From Clostridia bacterium (GTDB taxonomy: Bacteria > Bacillota > Clostridia > Oscillospirales > QAKW01), in contig JAFTZM010000034.1 in assembly GCA_017464525.1 (NCBI GenBank), positions 17,817-81,816 of the forward strand: a stretch of 64,000 nucleotides of DNA, written 5' to 3'. The notes under the pieces were generated by a model. It was not told the DNA's origin, did no database searches, and saw only the letters and a list, made by a program, of their open reading frames with translations. Positions 17,958 through 26,897 of the stretch are shown piece after piece. Position 1 is the first letter of the stretch. Each line of letters opens with the position of its first letter. The position numbers and the translations under genes were made by a program.

Positions 17958-19444
17958 TATTTTTCCTCCAGATCAAAGCTCAAAGGCAGCAGCTCTGCCA
18001 GGGTATAGCTTTTCATGTTTTTTTCGTTTCCCAAAAGGATCCTGAACTCTTTGGAGCAGAATTCTGCCATGACCTGCCGGCAGATGCCGCAGGGGGAGGC
18101 TTGGGGATCGGCCTTTTCGCCCCTTCCCCCGGCCACCGCAATGGCGCGGAAATCCCGCACCCCGCTGCTCACCGCTGCCGCAAAGGCGCTGCGTTCGGCA
18201 CAGACAGTGGCACCGTAGGATGCATTTTCCATATTACTGCCGGTAAACACCCGGCCCTCCCCGGTCAGCAGAGCTGCCCCCACCCGATAGCCGGAATAGG
18301 GGGCATAGGCATTTTTTCTGGCCTTCATGGCCTCCTCCAGCAAAAAACGATCCTCGATCCACGCTCCGATGGCAGTAAAGGATGGAAGAGTTCCCAGAGG
18401 TACCGGTTCCCCGCCGTAATGCAGCACCGGGATATATTCCCGGGTATGGTCGGTATGCCCGTCGCCGGGATCGCAGCCGTGATCGGCGGTAATGATCACC
18501 TGATCCTCCGGCTGCAGCTTTTGCAAAAAGCCGGGCAGCCAGGCATCGAAGGCCGAAAGAGCAGCGGCATAGCCCTCCACATCCTGGCGATGGCCGTAAA
18601 GCATATCAAAATCAACTAAATTCACAAAAACAAAGCCTTCAAAATCCTCTTCTGCCATTTGAAGAGCCGCCGCCATTCCCTCAGCATTGCCGTGGGTAGG
18701 AACAGAGCGGCCGATCCCCCGCCCGGCAAAAATATCGGCGATCTTCCCTACCGATACGGTAGAGATGCCCCGGTGGGTCAATCGATCCAGAAGGGTCTCC
18801 CCGGGAGGCTCCAGAGAGAAATCCCGGCGGTTAGCGGTACGGGTATAATTCCCGGGGGTCCCGATAAAGGGCCGGGCGATGACTCTGCCCACGCCCCAAT
18901 CGCCCGCCAACAGCTTCCGTGCTTTTCGGCAGATCTCATAAAGCTCCTCTAAGGGTACCGCCTCCTCATGGGCGGCGATCTGGAACACACTGTCGGCAGA
19001 GGTATAAACGATCAATTTGCCGCTTCTGACCGATTCCTCCCCGTAATCCTTGATCACCTCGGTGCCGGAATAAGGCTTGTTGCAAAGCACCTCATAGCCG
19101 GTTTCTTGAGTAAACCGGCGCAACAGCTCCTCCGGAAAGCCCTCCGGGAAGGTGGGCAGCGGCTTCTGGGACACCACCCCTGCCAGTTCCCAATGCCCCA
19201 CGGTGGTATCCTTTCCCATGGAACGCTCCATGGCCCGGCCATAGGAAGCCAGAGGCCGGGGCACAGCCCCTAAAAACTCCAGCCCTTCAATATTTCCCAA
19301 TCCCAGCTTAAGCAGATTAGGGATCTGAAACTTTTTACTTTTTGCAATACTTTTCAGCGTATGGGCGCCGGTGTCTCCAAAGGCTGCCGCATCGGGCAGC
19401 GCTCCAGCCCCCAGACTATCCAGAACAATTAAAAAGATCTTCAT
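17957..19444 (-). CDS. deoB: Phosphopentomutase fused in frame to cytidine deaminase
   Basis: N-terminal [14 protein letters not shown]...ADHGCDP (DeoB) runs without a stop into ...LLEEAMKARKNAYAPYSGY...CAERSA...PCGICRQ (Cdd, last ~128 aa, 17960-18343). The ATG at 19444 overlaps the deoD stop (ATGA). Confidence 0.85.
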   Translation of the reverse strand: MKIFLIVLDSLGAGALPDAAAFGDTGAHTLKSIAKSKKFQIPNLLKLGLGNIEGLEFLGAVPRPLASYGRAMERSMGKDTTVGHWELAGVVSQKPLPTFPEGFPEELLRRFTQETGYEVLCNKPYSGTEVIKDYGEESVRSGKLIVYTSADSVFQIAAHEEAVPLEELYEICRKARKLLAGDWGVGRVIARPFIGTPGNYTRTANRRDFSLEPPGETLLDRLTHRGISTVSVGKIADIFAGRGIGRSVPTHGNAEGMAAALQMAEEDFEGFVFVNLVDFDMLYGHRQDVEGYAAALSAFDAWLPGFLQKLQPEDQVIITADHGCDPGDGHTDHTREYIPVLHYGGEPVPLGTLPSFTAIGAWIEDRFLLEEAMKARKNAYAPYSGYRVGAALLTGEGRVFTGSNMENASYGATVCAERSAFAAAVSSGVRDFRAIAVAGGRGEKADPQASPCGICRQVMAEFCSKEFRILLGNEKNMKSYTLAELLPLSFDLEEK

Positions 19445-20157
19445 TTTTCCATTCTCACAGCCGTATTCAAGGCCAATTCCATCATATCGGTAAAGGAGTT
19501 CTGCCGCTCGGCGGCGGTGGTCTCTTCCCCGGTGACCAAAGAATCGGAAACGGTGCAGATAGCCAGCGCCCGCTTGCCGCATTTGGCCGCATTCATATAC
19601 AAAGCGGCGGCTTCCATCTCCACCGCCAATACCCCCATTTTCCCCCAAGCAAGGGTATCTCCCTCCCCGGCGTCATAGAAGGTATCGGAGGAAAGCAGGT
19701 TACCCACATGATAGGCAAGCCCCAACTTTTCTGCCTCCTCGGCGCAGGTGCGCAGGAGGGTAAAATCAGCAATGGGTGCAAAGCTGCCCCGCAGATGGTA
19801 CTGATCGCCATAGGCAGAATTGGTGCAGGCGCCGGCGCCCAGCACGATCTCCCGCAGCCTTACATCCTCTCGTAGGGCCCCGGCGGAGCCCACCCGGACG
19901 ATCTGCTCCACCCCGAAAAAGGAAAAGAGCTCGTAGCTATAGATCCCCATGGAGGGCATTCCCATGCCGCTGGCCATCACCGAAACCTTTACGCCTTTAT
20001 AGGTGCCGGTATAGCCCTGCACGCCCCGGACATTATTGACCAGAACTGCATCCTTCAGATAATGCTCGGCGATAAACTTTGCCCGCAGGGGATCCCCCGG
20101 CAGCAGGACGGTTTTACCAAAATCTCCGATCTTTGCATCAATATGCGGTGTTGACAT
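19441..20157 (-). CDS. deoD: Purine nucleoside phosphorylase
   Basis: [13 protein letters not shown]... is collinear with E. coli DeoD. 238 aa. Confidence 0.95.
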   Translation of the reverse strand: MSTPHIDAKIGDFGKTVLLPGDPLRAKFIAEHYLKDAVLVNNVRGVQGYTGTYKGVKVSVMASGMGMPSMGIYSYELFSFFGVEQIVRVGSAGALREDVRLREIVLGAGACTNSAYGDQYHLRGSFAPIADFTLLRTCAEEAEKLGLAYHVGNLLSSDTFYDAGEGDTLAWGKMGVLAVEMEAAALYMNAAKCGKRALAICTVSDSLVTGEETTAAERQNSFTDMMELALNTAVRMEK

Positions 20158-20809
20158 TTTCTTTCCCCTCCTTCACAAGCTTCACGATCGCGCTGGTTCC
20201 CAGCCGATCAGCACCCAGCCGGATCATATCCTCCGCATCCTGCAGAGAGCGGATCCCGCCGGCAGCCTTGATCTTAATGCCCTTGACGTGCCCGGCAAAA
20301 AGAGCGATATCCTCCCGGGTGGCCCCGCCAGTGGAAAAGCCGGTGGAGGTCTTGATATAATCGGCACCGCTTTCGCTGACGATCCCGCACATTTTTATTT
20401 TTTCCTCCTCGGTGAGCAGGCAGGTCTCGATGATGACCTTCAAAAGCTTCCCGCCGCAGGCGGCCTTTACTGCTTTGATCTCTTCCAGCAGTTCTTCCCA
20501 TTTACCGTCCTTGACCCAGCCGATATTAATGACCATATCCACTTCATCGGCGCCGTTCTTCACCGCATCCTCCGCCTCAAAGCATTTGGCGGCGGTGGTG
20601 GCATAACCGCAGGGGAACCCAATGACGGTACAGACCGGCACCTTCCCCGCCGCATATTCCGCCGCCTGCTTCACAAATGCCGCAGGAATACAGACCGATG
20701 CGGTATGATACCCGATGCCATCGTCGATGATTTCCCGGATCTGCTCCCAAGTAGCCTCCGGCTTCAAAAGGGTGTGATCCACCCTGCTTAAAATATCCTG
20801 AATATTCAT
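20138..20809 (-). CDS. deoC: Deoxyribose-phosphate aldolase
   Basis: [11 protein letters not shown]...CIPA...IKTSTGF (Schiff-base Lys region). The MNIQ start is 6 nt after GAGGTG. Confidence 0.93.
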   Translation of the reverse strand: MNIQDILSRVDHTLLKPEATWEQIREIIDDGIGYHTASVCIPAAFVKQAAEYAAGKVPVCTVIGFPCGYATTAAKCFEAEDAVKNGADEVDMVINIGWVKDGKWEELLEEIKAVKAACGGKLLKVIIETCLLTEEEKIKMCGIVSESGADYIKTSTGFSTGGATREDIALFAGHVKGIKIKAAGGIRSLQDAEDMIRLGADRLGTSAIVKLVKEGKENVNTAY

Positions 20810-20950
20810 AATGATCACCTCTGTGTCTATTATATATAATTTTTACCGATAATTCAATAGATTAGAAATAGATTAAAGATTCCTTCACTCAATTGAAACC
20901 AACAACAAGTTTCTATATAATGTTTATATCAAAAGAAATGAGGTACTGAA

Positions 20951-21763
20951 ATGAACTACAGGATCGTCTCTGACTCTGCATCCAATCTGCACACTCTTCA
21001 TGAGAACTACCGTTGTGTCCCCCTGACCATCCATTGCGAAGGCAGGGAATTCACCGATGATCCCCGCTTAGACCTCGGCGAAATGCTTCAAACTCTGAAG
21101 GCAACAGCCCAAAAATCCTCCACCTCCTGTCCTAATGTACAGGATTGGCTGGATGCTTTTCAAGGTGCCGATCATGTATTCGCTGTAACCATCACCGGCA
21201 ACCTTTCCGGCAGTTACGCTGCCGCCATGCAAGCCGCCGCTCTTTGCGATGCCCGGGTCCATGTATTTAACACCCTTTCCGCCGGCCCGGAAATGGAGCT
21301 GATCATCGAAAAAATTGACGAGCTCCAAGCAGCCGGCAAGAACTTTGACGAAACGGTGAAGGAGGTCAACGCCTATATGCGCAAGACCCACCTGATCTTT
21401 TGTCTCCAATCGCTGAATAATCTGGCCCGCAACGGCCGGGTAAGCCCCGCCAAGGCCAAGATCGCCGGGATCCTTGGCATCCGGGTGGTAGGGGTAGCCT
21501 CTGCCGAAGGAACCCTTCAGCCCTTGCACAATAGCCGGGGTTCCGTCAAAAGCCTGGAGGCGATCCTCTCTGTCATGAAGGAGCGGGGATTCAAGGGCGG
21601 GAAGATCCGCATTGCGCACTGCCGCAATAGCGAAGCCGCCGAGACTCTGCGCCAAAAGATCCTGGCCTTGGCCAAGGACTGTGACATTCGGATTCGAAGC
21701 ACCACCGCCCTTTGCAGCTTTTACGCCGAGGAAGGCGGGCTGATGGTAGGCTTTGAGGGATAA
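20951..21763 (+). CDS. DegV-family fatty-acid-binding protein
   Basis: 270 aa with MNYRIVSDSASNL... and overall DegV architecture. Confidence 0.8.
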   Translation: MNYRIVSDSASNLHTLHENYRCVPLTIHCEGREFTDDPRLDLGEMLQTLKATAQKSSTSCPNVQDWLDAFQGADHVFAVTITGNLSGSYAAAMQAAALCDARVHVFNTLSAGPEMELIIEKIDELQAAGKNFDETVKEVNAYMRKTHLIFCLQSLNNLARNGRVSPAKAKIAGILGIRVVGVASAEGTLQPLHNSRGSVKSLEAILSVMKERGFKGGKIRIAHCRNSEAAETLRQKILALAKDCDIRIRSTTALCSFYAEEGGLMVGFEG

Positions 21764-21799
21764 AAATACGGATAAGCCAAAAGCTTATCCGTATTTTTA
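21762..21799. terminator. Bidirectional terminator
   Basis: A-run, ATACGGATAAGC-CAAAA-GCTTATCCGTAT (12-bp stem), then T-run. Confidence 0.85.
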
Positions 21800-22630
21800 T
21801 TATAATGCTTTTTCGATCTCCAGCAGCAGATCTCTTGCCTTGATGATATCTTCCTTCTGCTTTTCTCCCTTGATCTCCCGCTCAATGGTGAAGGGGCCGG
21901 TATAACCGCAATCCTTCAATCGTTTCAGCACCAGAGGGAAGTTCGCAAGCCCTTCGCCGGCAGGACACTCCTTGCCCAGATTTTTTCCGTCGGTGGGGTA
22001 AAAGCCGTCCTTGATATGGGTGTCTTTGATATACTTCCCGAACACCAGCACCGCATCGGCGGCATTGCCCTTTCCGTAGAGCATCAGATTGGCTGTATCA
22101 AAATTAATACCCACATTATCCAGCCCGATCTCTTCAATAGCACGCAGCACGGTAACGGGGGTCTCCTGGCCGGTCTCAAAGAGGAACCATTGGCCCCGTT
22201 CCTTCATAACAGAGCAGATATGCTTGAGGGAAGCAACCGTAGCCCGGAATTCGGGATCATAATAGTTTTCCGGCAGAAAGCCCACATGGGTAGCGATCAT
22301 ATCCACCCCGATCTTCGCCGCAAATTCCGAGCCCTTCAGCAGCTCCTTTTCCCGGAAACCCCGGTAGGCAGGCGGCACCAGACCCAAGGTCATGGGGCCA
22401 TTGATAAAGTTCCACTCCCGGGGGCCGCTGTAGCCGCACCAGAGGGTGCTGATATAAATACCCGTTTCCTGCACCGCAGCGTTGATCTCAGCCGCAAATT
22501 CATCTGTATAATAAGCAGGATTCCAGATGCTCAGCTGGCAATGGGTCAGCCCCAGCTCCTTGACCTTATTCAACTCGGTCAGCATACAAAAATCATCGCT
22601 TCTTTTGCCGATCATTACACCGATATTCAT
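21800..22630 (-). CDS. Xylose-isomerase-like TIM-barrel protein (sugar phosphate isomerase/epimerase family)
   Basis: 276 aa with ...IATHVGF...FLFETGQE...NFDTANL... metal-ligand pattern typical of the AP_endonuc_2 fold. Confidence 0.85.
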   Translation of the reverse strand: MNIGVMIGKRSDDFCMLTELNKVKELGLTHCQLSIWNPAYYTDEFAAEINAAVQETGIYISTLWCGYSGPREWNFINGPMTLGLVPPAYRGFREKELLKGSEFAAKIGVDMIATHVGFLPENYYDPEFRATVASLKHICSVMKERGQWFLFETGQETPVTVLRAIEEIGLDNVGINFDTANLMLYGKGNAADAVLVFGKYIKDTHIKDGFYPTDGKNLGKECPAGEGLANFPLVLKRLKDCGYTGPFTIEREIKGEKQKEDIIKARDLLLEIEKAL

Positions 22631-22632
22631 CT

Positions 22633-23643
22633 TTATACCTCCACGATCTTTCCGCCGTTTTCGGCGCTTTCAACCAGTTTTTTCACCAGATCCACCGTCT
22701 TTGCTGCGCTCTGCAGGGTGTTTTTGGTATTCTCGCTCTCCCCCAGAATAGTGCGGGCGAAATACAGACTTTCCTCCGCCATATGGCTCAGCTTGGTAGT
22801 GGGCTCCAGCACATGAGGCTCCCCTTCATCCGGATAAACGGTAATGCCTCCCTTATGCCCCACCTCCACGGTGGCCTTCTCCAGATTGATGCGGCAGTTG
22901 GCCCGAAATTTGGTGCTGTTGCTCTGACCCCAGTCGGCAATGGCGCTCACCAGGATATCGTCGTAATGAAAACGGCTGTGCATGGTGGTGAACTTGGTGC
23001 GCACATCGTTAGCAACCGAGCTGACCGCCTTGGGCTCCCCGAAAAGGAACCGGATCATATCCACATCATGGATATGCAGATCCATACCCACGCCGCCGCA
23101 ACGGTCATAATCATGGAACCAGCCTTTAAAGCCCCAGCGCGGCATCGCGCTCAGCCGCTCAAAATAGGCGCTCTCCACCCTGCCGTACTTGCCACTATCG
23201 ATCAGTTCTTTCAGGGCAAGGTACAACCCGTCAAACCGCAGGCACATCCCGATCATCAGCTTTTTGCCGCTTTCCTCGGCGGCCTTGATCATCTCGGCGC
23301 ACTCCCCGGCATTGAGGCCCATGGGCTTTTCGCATTGCACATGATAGCCCCGGCGCAGCAGCTTACAGGCATACTCACAATGGAGATAAGTAGGCAGGCA
23401 GATGTCGATCACATCCAGCTCTTCCTTGGCAAGCATTTCCTCTAAGTCGGTATAGGTACGGTATTCCTTTCGGATGCCGCTTTCGCCTCCCTGATTGATG
23501 GTCACCAGCTTGGTGAACTGTTCCGGGTCGATATCGCAAAGGGCTACCAGCTCCACCGGTGCATTCTGCTCCGCAAGCTGTTCATAGCCCTTGCGGTGGG
23601 AGCGAGCGATGCCGCCATAACCTAAAATCGCTACCTTTAACAT
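22633..23643 (-). CDS. Gfo/Idh/MocA-family NAD(P)-dependent oxidoreductase
   Basis: MLKVAILGYGGIARSH Rossmann N-terminus and EKPM motif. 336 aa. Confidence 0.9.
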   Translation of the reverse strand: MLKVAILGYGGIARSHRKGYEQLAEQNAPVELVALCDIDPEQFTKLVTINQGGESGIRKEYRTYTDLEEMLAKEELDVIDICLPTYLHCEYACKLLRRGYHVQCEKPMGLNAGECAEMIKAAEESGKKLMIGMCLRFDGLYLALKELIDSGKYGRVESAYFERLSAMPRWGFKGWFHDYDRCGGVGMDLHIHDVDMIRFLFGEPKAVSSVANDVRTKFTTMHSRFHYDDILVSAIADWGQSNSTKFRANCRINLEKATVEVGHKGGITVYPDEGEPHVLEPTTKLSHMAEESLYFARTILGESENTKNTLQSAAKTVDLVKKLVESAENGGKIVEV

Positions 23644-23756
23644 AAAAGCTCTCCTTTTTTATCTTGCAGATTTTATAAATTCATGATACAATATTTCTTG
23701 CAGGAATAAAATATAATTTTGTACACATTCATTATAATTTTATCCGAGGTATTTTT

Positions 23757-24596
23757 ATGAGCTACCGGCATCAGCGATCTGCCCCCTTGGTTCGGGTGCA
23801 GGATCTGGTCACTATCCATTATTATGAGATCGATCCCGATTACCGCTTCGAAGGGGAAGAGCACCCCTTCTGGGAATTGGTTTATGTGGATGATGGCAGC
23901 ATTCATGCCAAAAACGGTGAAGAGGATTGGGATGCCACTGCCGGAGAGTTGCTGTTTCATGCCCCCGGCCGGTATCATCTGGCGGAGGGCAACGGGAAGG
24001 AGCAGGGGCATATCTTTATTATTTCCTTTACCTCCCGTTCCCCTGCTATGGAACGGTTCCGGGATCTGCGGCTGCCGCTGCCTCAAAAGATGCGTGCGTT
24101 GATCTCCGGGATCATGCTGGAGGCCAATGCCTTCTATGATATGGAGATCGACGGCCTGTCTCCCCTTCCCGGTGCGCCCCGGGGCGGAGATCAGCTGATC
24201 CGCCTTTACCTGGAGCAGCTGCTGATCCTCCTTTACCGCAGCCTCACCGAGCAGGCCGCTCCGCCCCAGCCTCAGGATCTGCCCGGCGAGATCATCCTCT
24301 TTTTGAATAACCGGGTGTATAGCACCCTCTCGGTACCGGAACTCTGCGCCCGGATGCACTACGGCAAGACCCACCTTTCCCGGATCTTTCGGGAAACCAC
24401 CGGACAGAGTATCATGCAATATTATCGCAAGCTGAAGATCAGCGAGGCTAAGCGCCTGCTGCGGGACCCCAGCCATACTGTGGCCGAGATCGCAGCCCTT
24501 CTTTGCTATGATACGCCGCAGTATTTTTCGCAGCATTTCAAAAAGGAGACCGGCCTCACCCCCGGGGATTACCGGGCATCTGTTAAGATCGATTAA
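23757..24596 (+). CDS. AraC/XylS-family transcriptional regulator
   Basis: 279 aa with C-terminal ...CYDTPQYFSQHFKKETGLTPGDYR. Divergent from the oxidoreductase/TIM-barrel pair. Confidence 0.9.
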   Translation: MSYRHQRSAPLVRVQDLVTIHYYEIDPDYRFEGEEHPFWELVYVDDGSIHAKNGEEDWDATAGELLFHAPGRYHLAEGNGKEQGHIFIISFTSRSPAMERFRDLRLPLPQKMRALISGIMLEANAFYDMEIDGLSPLPGAPRGGDQLIRLYLEQLLILLYRSLTEQAAPPQPQDLPGEIILFLNNRVYSTLSVPELCARMHYGKTHLSRIFRETTGQSIMQYYRKLKISEAKRLLRDPSHTVAEIAALLCYDTPQYFSQHFKKETGLTPGDYRASVKID

Positions 24597-24607
24597 AGGA
24601 GATTTTT

Positions 24608-24943
24608 ATGCGATTGAATTATAATTTTAACCGCTGGTGCAAAAAAATGGATCTGGAGGAGATCAACTACCTTTACGGCGCCATGACCGATCTGAAGTAT
24701 CGGCTCCTCCCCGTCCGTCATATCATGGAAAACGATATTGAAAAGCCCGTTACCTTTAACCTCTCCTGCCAAGATTTTATCTATGCGATCCGGGCACTCA
24801 ATCAGTTTGTCTGCAGCCGTGGGCTGGAACCGCTCTTTGAAGTCCCCGCCGAGGACAACTGGTCGGAGGAAGTGTTCCGCTCGGTCTTTTCCCGTTTTGA
24901 CTACCTGATGAGCTTCCCCGAAGGTGAGCCGGAAATGAAATAA
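24608..24943 (+). CDS. Hypothetical protein (111 aa)
   Basis: AAGGAG RBS 7 nt before the ATG, 11 nt after the AraC stop. Codon usage matches the host. No recognisable domain. Confidence 0.6.
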   Translation: MRLNYNFNRWCKKMDLEEINYLYGAMTDLKYRLLPVRHIMENDIEKPVTFNLSCQDFIYAIRALNQFVCSRGLEPLFEVPAEDNWSEEVFRSVFSRFDYLMSFPEGEPEMK

Positions 24944-24986
24944 CCCTTGACAAACCAAGCGTTTTTCACTAAAATATATTAGACGT

Positions 24987-25062
24987 AAAATTCTCCCGCT
25001 CTCCATTTTGCGAGCGCAGGCAGAAACCTCCTCTTTATTTTAATATGTTTATATGCGGTTGT
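24987..25062 (+). repeat. Direct repeat R1: duplicated tRNA-Leu leader plus first 8 nt of the tRNA
   Basis: 75/76 identical to 25253-25328 (offset 266 nt). Confidence 0.9.
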
Positions 25063-25251
25063 TAAGTGACGATCCAAATCTTTGATTTGGCTCAGCGGAA
25101 CTTATGCATAGCTGGCGGAATTGGCAGTTGCGCCTGCGAAGCGCCGCCGGGGGCGGATGCAGCGAGCAGGCCAGCAGGTGCCGCAACACGAAAAATACCG
25201 AGCAACACCGGCTTGCGATGGATTTTTCGATGTTGCAAACGTCTTGTTGAT
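25063..25251 (+). pseudogene. Decayed tRNA-like remnant interrupted by the 51-nt repeat module (repeat copy B)
   Basis: 25063-25113 is homologous to 4258-4307. 25114-25127 (GGCGGAATTGGCAG) equals tRNA-Leu nt 9-22. These are followed by an anticodon-arm-like hairpin GCGC-CTGCGAA-GCGC and the hairpin CCGCC-GGG-GGCGG. No T-arm or 3' acceptor is present. Confidence 0.55.
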
Positions 25252-25252
25252 C

Positions 25253-25328
25253 AAAACTCTCCCGCTCTCCATTTTGCGAGCGCAGGCAGAAACCTCCTCT
25301 TTATTTTAATATGTTTATATGCGGTTGT
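25253..25328 (+). repeat. Direct repeat R2 (leader plus 5' end of the intact tRNA-Leu)
   Basis: Partner of 24987-25062. Confidence 0.9.
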
Positions 25329-25404
25329 GGCGGAATTGGCAGACGCACCAGATTTAGGATCTGGCGGTAATACCGTGTGGGTTCGAGTCCCTTCAGCCGC
25401 ACCA
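25321..25404 (+). tRNA. tRNA-Leu (anticodon UAG), CCA encoded
   Basis: Acceptor GCGGTTG/CAGCCGC. Anticodon arm CCAGA-TTTAGGA-TCTGG. Long variable arm CGGT-AAT-ACCG. T-loop GGTTCGAGTCC. Discriminator A plus CCA. Confidence 0.88.
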
Positions 25405-25407
25405 AAT

Positions 25408-25440
25408 AAAACAGCACCCAGCCGGGTGCTGTTTTTATTT
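25408..25440 (+). terminator. Terminator after tRNA-Leu
   Basis: ACAGCACCC-AGCC-GGGTGCTGT followed by TTTTT. Confidence 0.85.
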
Positions 25441-25512
25441 GGCTACGAAATCTTCTTTTCCTCGCGGCGGTGCCATTGGCAGATGAACGGAACTGATTGG
25501 CAATACAAAAAA

Positions 25513-25544
25513 TTGCTTTGTTTTTTTCGGAAATGTGCTATAAT
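25513..25544 (+). promoter_or_regulatory. Putative extended -10 promoter of the FAD-oxidoreductase gene
   Basis: TGcTATAAT at 25536-25544. Only a weak -35-like TTGCTT lies upstream, at non-ideal spacing. Confidence 0.4.
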
Positions 25545-25574
25545 AATTTTATCACAGTTGACAGAGGTACATAT

Positions 25575-26849
25575 ATGAATACTTTAAATATCAATAAACA
25601 GGCTGATATAATAGGTAACTATCAAGTAACGGTATGCGGCGGCGGACCGAGCGGCTTTATAGCCGCTATTGCTGCGGCACGCTGCGGAGCATCGGTAGCT
25701 CTTATTGAGCGTTACGGTTACTTAGGCGGTATGGCTACCGCAGGAATGGTCGCACCCATATCGGAGTTTATGCATGAGGGCGAGCTTATATCATCAGGCA
25801 TTCCGCTTGAATTTGTAAAACGCATCGACGGCGGTAAAATGTGCTCGCCACGCGGTAACTTTGTGTTTCATCCCGAAGAGTACAAAATAGCCGCACAACG
25901 TATGGTGTTTGAAGCGGGAGTTGATTTATATCTTCACGCGTACGTCACCGATTGCGTTATGGACGACGGTAAAATAACTCACATTGTATTCGAAAGCAAA
26001 AGCGGAACACAGGCAATAGCAACAGATTATGTTATTGATGCAACAGGCGACGGCGATATTGCATATAAAGCAGGGGTTCCAATGCAGAATTACAATACAC
26101 CGTTGCAGCCCGCAACAATGTATTTTGCTTTAAATAAAGTCGATACAAGCGGTTTTAAAGGCTATTATCCCGGGCAAAAGCACAGTAGTATCCCCGAGAT
26201 ACGTGAGATGCTTTCGAAACTTTGCCCGGATGCACCGCAGATGGGCGGTCCGTGGTGCTTTGCGGGTATGGGCGAGGGCACTGCAATAATAAACATGAGC
26301 CGTACCGCACTGGATTGGTTGGACGAAAAAGCAGCAACTAAAGCCGAATGTAAGCTTCGCGAGGATATTAAAACGATAGTTCATCTTTTAAAAACACATA
26401 TACCCGCATTTAAAAACGCCGAGCTTTTAATGAGTGCTCCGCAGGTCGGTATCCGCGAAACGCGTCACATTAAAGGTACACATATTCTTACGGGGGATGA
26501 GTATGTAAACGCTGTGCATTTTGAAGATTCTGTTGCAAGATGCTCCCATCCTATTGATATACACAGCACAAATGACAACACGCAAACCGTCACCCCCTTA
26601 AAACAAGCAGCTTATCTTCCTTACCGTTCAATAATCGCAGACGGTTACAACAACCTTTTAGTGCCTTCCCGTTGTTTCTCTGCTGATCGGGAGGCGTTCG
26701 CTTCGGCACGTGTTCAGGTGGGTGTTATGGGATTAGGCCAAGCAGCAGGCGTTGCAGCTGCGCAGTGTGCAGAAAAACATCTTTCGGTGCATAATGCGGA
26801 TATTAAAAAACTGCGTAAAGTTCTTGCCGATTGGGGAATGAAAATATAA
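25575..26849 (+). CDS. FAD-dependent oxidoreductase (FAD_oxidored-type)
   Basis: 424 aa with dinucleotide-binding VCGGGPSGFIAAIAAARCGASVALIER. ATG at 25575. Codon usage is unlike that of neighbours (ATA, GCA, CGT, CTT/TTA frequent). Confidence 0.85.
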   Translation: MNTLNINKQADIIGNYQVTVCGGGPSGFIAAIAAARCGASVALIERYGYLGGMATAGMVAPISEFMHEGELISSGIPLEFVKRIDGGKMCSPRGNFVFHPEEYKIAAQRMVFEAGVDLYLHAYVTDCVMDDGKITHIVFESKSGTQAIATDYVIDATGDGDIAYKAGVPMQNYNTPLQPATMYFALNKVDTSGFKGYYPGQKHSSIPEIREMLSKLCPDAPQMGGPWCFAGMGEGTAIINMSRTALDWLDEKAATKAECKLREDIKTIVHLLKTHIPAFKNAELLMSAPQVGIRETRHIKGTHILTGDEYVNAVHFEDSVARCSHPIDIHSTNDNTQTVTPLKQAAYLPYRSIIADGYNNLLVPSRCFSADREAFASARVQVGVMGLGQAAGVAAAQCAEKHLSVHNADIKKLRKVLADWGMKI

Positions 26850-26865
26850 AAATCTTTTGCCATCC

Positions 26866-26897
26866 AAAAGTGCCTGTATCCTTGCGGGCACTTTTTT
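26866..26897 (+). terminator. Terminator after the FAD-oxidoreductase gene
   Basis: AAGTGCC...GGCACTT stem followed by TTTTTT. Confidence 0.7.

Noticed and set aside
23673-24536. 287-aa minus-strand ORF overlapping the AraC gene at 23757-24596.
   Set aside because: The plus-strand frame carries a clear AraC C-terminal double HTH and a proper start. The minus frame has no motifs and odd composition.
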